Positions 13,397-17,510 of a DNA stretch of 17,510 nt are shown piece after piece; positions within the stretch are counted from its first letter, which is position 1; each line of letters begins with the position of its first letter. Both the position numbers and the translations under genes were made by a program. The stretch covers positions 2,460 to 19,969 of the forward strand of contig DALYDM010000010.1 of NCBI GenBank assembly GCA_031973235.1, written 5' to 3'. Origin of the DNA: Minisyncoccota bacterium (GTDB lineage: Bacteria > Patescibacteriota > Minisyncoccia > Phycocordibacterales > UBA9973). The notes under the pieces were generated by a model, which made no database searches, was not told the DNA's origin, and was given only the letters and a program-made list of their open reading frames with translations.

Positions 13397-14248
13397 ATGA
13401 ATTCAGACTTACAGCAATCAGTAAATTTACAACTCAAACATGCAACAACATATTATATTGCTAGTTTGTTTTTCCAAAAGAAAATCCGCTATGCAGTATT
13501 TTCGCTAAATGGATTTGTGCGTGAAATTGATGAGATTGTGGATACACAAACACGTTCTGATAACGATAAGATTATTGCAATTTCAAATTATAAAAATGAA
13601 TGGTGTGAACACCTTGAAAAAGGAAATTCTCAAAACCCTATAATCCGCTCTTTTGCAAAATACTACACATTTCATGCTATTTCCGAAAAGTATATTGAAA
13701 GTTTTTTTAATAGCATGTTACAAGATACCAATAAAACACGTTATGCAAACTACGATGAACTAGTGAAATATATGTATGGATCGGCTACTGTCATCGGCTA
13801 TATGATGTGTACTATTATAGGATATAAAGGCGACGCACTTCCCTACGCAAAAAAGCTTGCAGAAGCGATGCAGATGACAAACTTTTTGAGAGACATTCGT
13901 GAAGATTTTGATTTACGAAACAGAATTTATATTCCAGAAGAAGACATGAGAAAATTTGGTGTCACAGAAGATCATATCAAAAACCATATTGTTGATTCAA
14001 ATTTTATTTTACTTATGAAATTTGAAATTGCAAAAACTCGCGCACTATACAAGGACGCGGAACAAGGAATTGATCTACTTCACAAAGATGGGAGATTTGC
14101 AGTGCGATTTTCATCAAGACTATATGAAGCAATTTTAGATGAAATTGAACAATCACATTACGATATTTACAGCACGCGTCACCATACATCAAAAATCAAA
14201 AAACTATTAATTTTTATTAACACACTATTATGCAAAAGAAAAAAGTAA
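13397..14248 (+). CDS. crtB: phytoene / dehydrosqualene synthase family (CrtB/CrtM-type head-to-head prenyl condensing enzyme)
   Basis: It contains YYIASLFF...R.AVFSLNGFVREIDEIVD (the first DxxxD box of squalene/phytoene synthases), YMYGSATVIGYMM, and AEAMQMTNFLRDIREDFDLRNRIYIPEEDMRKFGV (the second conserved box, QLTNILRD..ED...GR.YLP). At 283 aa, its ATG follows 2 nt after the upstream stop. Confidence 0.8.
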   Translation: MNSDLQQSVNLQLKHATTYYIASLFFQKKIRYAVFSLNGFVREIDEIVDTQTRSDNDKIIAISNYKNEWCEHLEKGNSQNPIIRSFAKYYTFHAISEKYIESFFNSMLQDTNKTRYANYDELVKYMYGSATVIGYMMCTIIGYKGDALPYAKKLAEAMQMTNFLRDIREDFDLRNRIYIPEEDMRKFGVTEDHIKNHIVDSNFILLMKFEIAKTRALYKDAEQGIDLLHKDGRFAVRFSSRLYEAILDEIEQSHYDIYSTRHHTSKIKKLLIFINTLLCKRKK

Positions 14249-15768
14249 TAATAATCGGGGGTGGTCTTGCAGGATTAGCGAGTGCATGTTATCTCTCAAA
14301 AAATGACTATGATGTCACCCTTCTTGAAAAAAATGAACACGTAGGAGGTCGAGCAAATATATTTGAATCAAATGGATTTCGATTTGACATGGGACCAAGT
14401 TGGTATCTCATGCCAGACATATTTGAACATTTTTATTCTCTGATGGGTGAAAATATCAGTGATCACTTTACCTTGCAACAACTTTCTCCTTCATACAGAA
14501 TTTATTTTAAAGACGAGAAGGACTCACAAGGTAACCCACTAGTAACTGATTTATATTCTGATGTAGAGAAAGTAAAATCACTCTTTGAACATTTAGAGCA
14601 TGGGTCAGCAAAAAAACTTGAGGATTATCTAGAAAAATCAAAGTACGGGTATGAAATCGCCAAAAAAGAGTTCATGTACAAGAATTATAATTCGATTTTT
14701 GATTTTCTCACTCCAAGGATAGCGATCGAAGGAGCAAAATTGAATATATTTTCTCAAATGCATTCATATGTAAAAAAGTTTTTTCACTCCCCTATTATTC
14801 AAAAAATTATTGAGTACCAGTTAGTTTTTTTAGGATCATCTCCATACAACACACCTGCGCTATATAACATAATGAACCATATAGATTTTAATATGGGTGT
14901 CTTTTATCCAAAAAATGGTATTTATGAAATCCCAAAATCTCTTGAACGAATCGCAAAAAAGTATGGTACCCATATCCGCACAAACTCGCCTGTAAAAAAG
15001 ATTATTATTGATGACGCGAGTGGATACGCCACAAAAGTAGAACTCGAATCAGGAGAAAAAATTGAGGCGGATATTATTATTTCTAATGCAGACATGCATC
15101 ATACAGAAACTGCACTCTTAGATGAAAAATATCAATCATACAAGGAATCATATTGGAAAAAGAAAACTATGGCACCTTCAGCATTTATGCTGTACTTAGG
15201 TATTAACAAAAAACTTCCTTCACTTCTTCATCATACGCTCATTTTTTCTAAGGATTGGGAGAAGAATTTTGAACAAATTTTTGATACCCCTGAGTTTCCT
15301 ACAGACCCATCAATATACATATGCGCAGCATCAAAAACAGATCCAACTGTCGCACCAGAAGGAATGGAAAATGTATTTGTACTCGTTCCAATCGCCTCAG
15401 GATTAAAATACTCTGATGCTGAACTTGATGCATATAAAAATAAAATTATTTCTACTATCGCACACGAAATAAATGAACCTGAATTAAATAATCACATCGT
15501 ATTTTCAAGAACATTTTGCGTTAATGATTTTTATCAGATGTACAATGCATACAAAGGCACTGCACTAGGGCTCGCACACACTCTTCGACAGACAGCACTC
15601 TTTCGTCCCAACAACTATTCAAAAAAAGTCAAAAATCTTTATTATGCGGGCGCAGGAACAAATCCCGGAATAGGAATGCCAATTTGTTTAATTTCAGCTG
15701 AGTTGGTATACAAACGAATCGAAGGCATAACCACCTCATCACCCCTCGATTCATTCAACAAGAAATAG
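14230..15768 (+). CDS. crtI: phytoene desaturase family FAD-dependent oxidoreductase (CrtI/CrtN-type)
   Basis: The N-terminus KKVIIIGGGLAGLASACYL......LLEKNEHVGGR is a dinucleotide-binding fold. GFRFDMGPSWY is as in CrtI/CrtN. The C-terminus YYAGAGTNPGIGMPICLISAELV is the family signature. At 512 aa it overlaps the crtB-like gene by 19 nt. Confidence 0.85.
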   Translation: MQKKKVIIIGGGLAGLASACYLSKNDYDVTLLEKNEHVGGRANIFESNGFRFDMGPSWYLMPDIFEHFYSLMGENISDHFTLQQLSPSYRIYFKDEKDSQGNPLVTDLYSDVEKVKSLFEHLEHGSAKKLEDYLEKSKYGYEIAKKEFMYKNYNSIFDFLTPRIAIEGAKLNIFSQMHSYVKKFFHSPIIQKIIEYQLVFLGSSPYNTPALYNIMNHIDFNMGVFYPKNGIYEIPKSLERIAKKYGTHIRTNSPVKKIIIDDASGYATKVELESGEKIEADIIISNADMHHTETALLDEKYQSYKESYWKKKTMAPSAFMLYLGINKKLPSLLHHTLIFSKDWEKNFEQIFDTPEFPTDPSIYICAASKTDPTVAPEGMENVFVLVPIASGLKYSDAELDAYKNKIISTIAHEINEPELNNHIVFSRTFCVNDFYQMYNAYKGTALGLAHTLRQTALFRPNNYSKKVKNLYYAGAGTNPGIGMPICLISAELVYKRIEGITTSSPLDSFNKK

Positions 15769-15797
15769 AAAATGCCCTCCTGCGAGGGCATTTTTAA
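15769..15797. terminator. bidirectional intrinsic terminator shared by convergent genes (8-bp stem atgccctc / gagggcat, ctgc loop, A- and T-tracts)
   Basis: aaa-atgccctc-ctgc-gagggcat-ttttt, immediately after the crtI-like stop (15766-15768) and overlapping the stop of the minus-strand membrane protein (15794-15796). Confidence 0.8.
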
Positions 15798-16246
15798 AAT
15801 AATATTTTAATGATTTCAACAACAAGGTCAAGGTGACACAATGTCTCCCCGAGCACCCACACAAACACACACGCAGAAACATCATTCATCAGGTGCCATC
15901 TGTACACTCGAAGTCGATATTTTCCCATAGTCTCACCTGTATGTAGTGGATATGAGAAAAGTAAATATTTGTCATCAATCTTACTTTGAATTGTTCCCCT
16001 GTCTATTCGTGATTTATACACTTTCATGTACGAAAGCATAATCGATGAAATCATAAAGCAAATCATCGCCATTCCAGACCACACACCAAGAAGTAGTAGT
16101 GGCAACATGACCATCATCCCGAGAAAACTTACGTTTCTATAGGACAATTTAAAATACCGCCAATTTACACTCAAATGCCTTATCGAAATAAGACATACAA
16201 TCATCCAAAAGACAATCGAGATACTATGATTTTGTATATGTTCCAT
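15794..16246 (-). CDS. small polytopic membrane protein of unknown function, weakly ICMT/PEMT-like in its C-terminal motif
   Basis: Hydrophobic segments: SIVFWMIVCLISI, FLGMMVMLPLLLLGVWSGMAMICFMISSIML, ACVFVWVLGETL. The segment IDDKYLLFSY..GETMGKYRLRVYR loosely resembles the EExxLxxxFGxxYxxYxxxVxR tail of isoprenylcysteine/phospholipid methyltransferases, but no RHPxY box precedes it. The track ORF starts at TTG 16279; I prefer ATG 16246 (MEHIQ...). It lies 49 nt downstream of the UbiA gene on the same strand. Confidence 0.45.
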   Translation of the reverse strand: MEHIQNHSISIVFWMIVCLISIRHLSVNWRYFKLSYRNVSFLGMMVMLPLLLLGVWSGMAMICFMISSIMLSYMKVYKSRIDRGTIQSKIDDKYLLFSYPLHTGETMGKYRLRVYRWHLMNDVSACVFVWVLGETLCHLDLVVEIIKILF

Positions 16247-16295
16247 GATACCAGTTTTACCTGTTATACAGTATTTCAACCAGCAAGTCCAGAAA

Positions 16296-17138
16296 CTACA
16301 TTCGTGTAAGAATATACACGATTACATACAACATAGGAATTATGGTATTCACCCACGGGAAAAAAGTATAGGTGCGAAACAATGAATAATATGACGTTGC
16401 AGTATACGCGCGATACATAAGGAAGATATATACAAATCCAGCAACAAGCGAATACCACCCTATAACAAAATAAAACAACAACGAAGAAACTATATAGAGC
16501 GTTGAGCAAAGAAGTATTGTCTTATATTTACCAAGTCGTGTTGCGATAGTTGAGAGTCCTGCTTCTTTGTCCATTTTTATATCTGGAACTGCTGAAAATG
16601 CATGCATGGCAACCGCCCAACACATACCTGCTATCATACCCAACCAAGGAAACGTCTCACCTCCAGCAAGATAATATCCGAATATACCAGTAGCAATGTA
16701 ATGTCCTGCTGAAAATAATGAATCTAAAAATGGTTTTTCTTTCGCACGAATTGGCTTCGCAGAATAAAAAATTGCTAAAAACAAAAATGCATAGAAAGAA
16801 ACTATATGTGTTAAAGGTAACCACAAGACAAGTACAACAAACGGCAATGACATCATCAGTATCCATGCATAAAGTGGCTTGTGTTCGCGTGGATGCACCA
16901 ATGCCTCATATTCAACTTTTCTCGGATTGTTTTTGTCTGTCTCGTAATCAAAAATATCATTTATTCCATAAATAAGTAGATTTGCGGGAAATAAAAAAAA
17001 CACTGCAAAAAGCAAAATATCATAACGGGTCAATTCAGCAAATGAAGGAATTACTGCAAGTGCACCAAGAAAAAATGTTCCAAGTTCGTATACCCAAAAC
17101 CTCGGCCTGCTTATTTTTAAAATTCGTAATGGTTCCAT
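16296..17138 (-). CDS. UbiA-superfamily integral-membrane prenyltransferase
   Basis: It carries the first Asp-rich motif NDIFDYETDKNN (NDxxDxxxD) after two TM helices, with further helices and a second acidic patch (DIKMDKEAG). At 280 aa with about 8 predicted TM segments, its size and topology are typical of UbiA/MenA/lycopene-elongase-type enzymes. Confidence 0.8.
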   Translation of the reverse strand: MEPLRILKISRPRFWVYELGTFFLGALAVIPSFAELTRYDILLFAVFFLFPANLLIYGINDIFDYETDKNNPRKVEYEALVHPREHKPLYAWILMMSLPFVVLVLWLPLTHIVSFYAFLFLAIFYSAKPIRAKEKPFLDSLFSAGHYIATGIFGYYLAGGETFPWLGMIAGMCWAVAMHAFSAVPDIKMDKEAGLSTIATRLGKYKTILLCSTLYIVSSLLFYFVIGWYSLVAGFVYIFLMYRAYTATSYYSLFRTYTFFPWVNTIIPMLYVIVYILTRM

Positions 17139-17162
17139 AGAAAAAGTATACCAGAAAATAAC

Positions 17163-17510
17163 CTAGTTGTTCCCAAGGTTCACAATATGATTAAAATGCT
17201 TTTCAGACACAGGTTGTATTGAGAGTCGATTTCCAGTTTGAGTCACTGCCATCCCATTTAATTTTGGGTCATTTTTAATCTCAGGCAAAGTAACTGCTCG
17301 ATTAAACTTTTTTACATATTTCATATCAACCACATACAAGATAGGCTTATCTTTACAGGCCTTAGGATCAAAGTGTTCGTCCTTTTTATCAAATTGAGTT
17401 GGGTCAGGATAAGGCTTACTTGCAACACTCACTATTCCCACCGCACCAGATGGCTTGCCATTTGAATGATAAAAAAGCGCCAAGTCTCCAATACTCATTT
17501 CGTCACGCAT
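17163..17510 (-). CDS. EVE (PUA-like) domain protein, C-terminal about two-thirds; the N-terminus lies beyond the right window edge
   Basis: ..GDLALFYHSNGKPSGAVGIVSVASKPYPDPTQFDKKDEHFDPK......YVVDMKYVKKFNRAVTLPEIKNDPKLNGMAVTQTGNRLSIQPVSEKHFNHIV matches the EVE-domain pattern (FYHS, ..PDPTQFD..., RLSV.PV). The in-window ATG at 17508-17510 is probably internal, since roughly 50 N-terminal residues of the fold are missing. Confidence 0.6.
   Translation of the reverse strand: MRDEMSIGDLALFYHSNGKPSGAVGIVSVASKPYPDPTQFDKKDEHFDPKACKDKPILYVVDMKYVKKFNRAVTLPEIKNDPKLNGMAVTQTGNRLSIQPVSEKHFNHIVNLGNN

Noticed and set aside
16276-16509. 77-aa minus-strand ORF bridging the UbiA gene and the small membrane protein
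   Set aside because: It lies in the third frame overlapping the well-supported C-terminus of the UbiA ORF. It is Cys/Tyr/Val-rich with no signals, so it is a likely artefact and not evidence of a frameshifted fusion.

Overview
This 17.5-kb window is AT-rich throughout, visibly well under 50% GC by eye (not computed), and looks like a compact bacterial chromosome segment. Genes are read with the standard genetic code: FtsZ, MreB and PriA are uninterrupted by TGA.

Gene order, left to right:
- A minus-strand operon: mreB, a short delta-prime-like clamp-loader subunit, frr, and the N-terminus of an RseP-type site-2 protease (gene runs off the left edge).
- A plus-strand run: an orphan basic 164-aa protein with its own promoter and terminator; a PriA homolog whose helicase ATPase motifs are degenerate; a GC-rich 78-aa ORF behind a near-consensus extended -10 promoter; and a 635-aa flotillin-like (SPFH-family) protein carrying three extra tandem copies of the SPFH N-terminal motif.
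- Then rpsU-ybeY and ftsA-ftsZ. A hairpin terminator separates ftsA from ftsZ, and three 22-bp tandem direct repeats sit directly upstream of ftsZ.
- A tightly packed plus-strand operon: trxB, a polyprenyl diphosphate synthase, a phytoene/dehydrosqualene synthase and a phytoene-desaturase-family oxidase. It ends at a bidirectional terminator, converging on a minus-strand UbiA-family prenyltransferase plus a small polytopic membrane protein.
- The C-terminal part of an EVE-domain protein, which begins beyond the right edge.

The features that look most worth follow-up are the carotenoid-type isoprenoid module with its convergent UbiA partner, the ATPase-dead PriA, the repeat-bearing flotillin-like protein, the compositionally foreign small ORF, and the ftsZ-proximal iterated repeats.

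The degenerate PriA, short HolB and frr-rseP adjacency suggest a reduced-genome lineage; that is inference only. All calls are by eye from motifs; no database searches were run.
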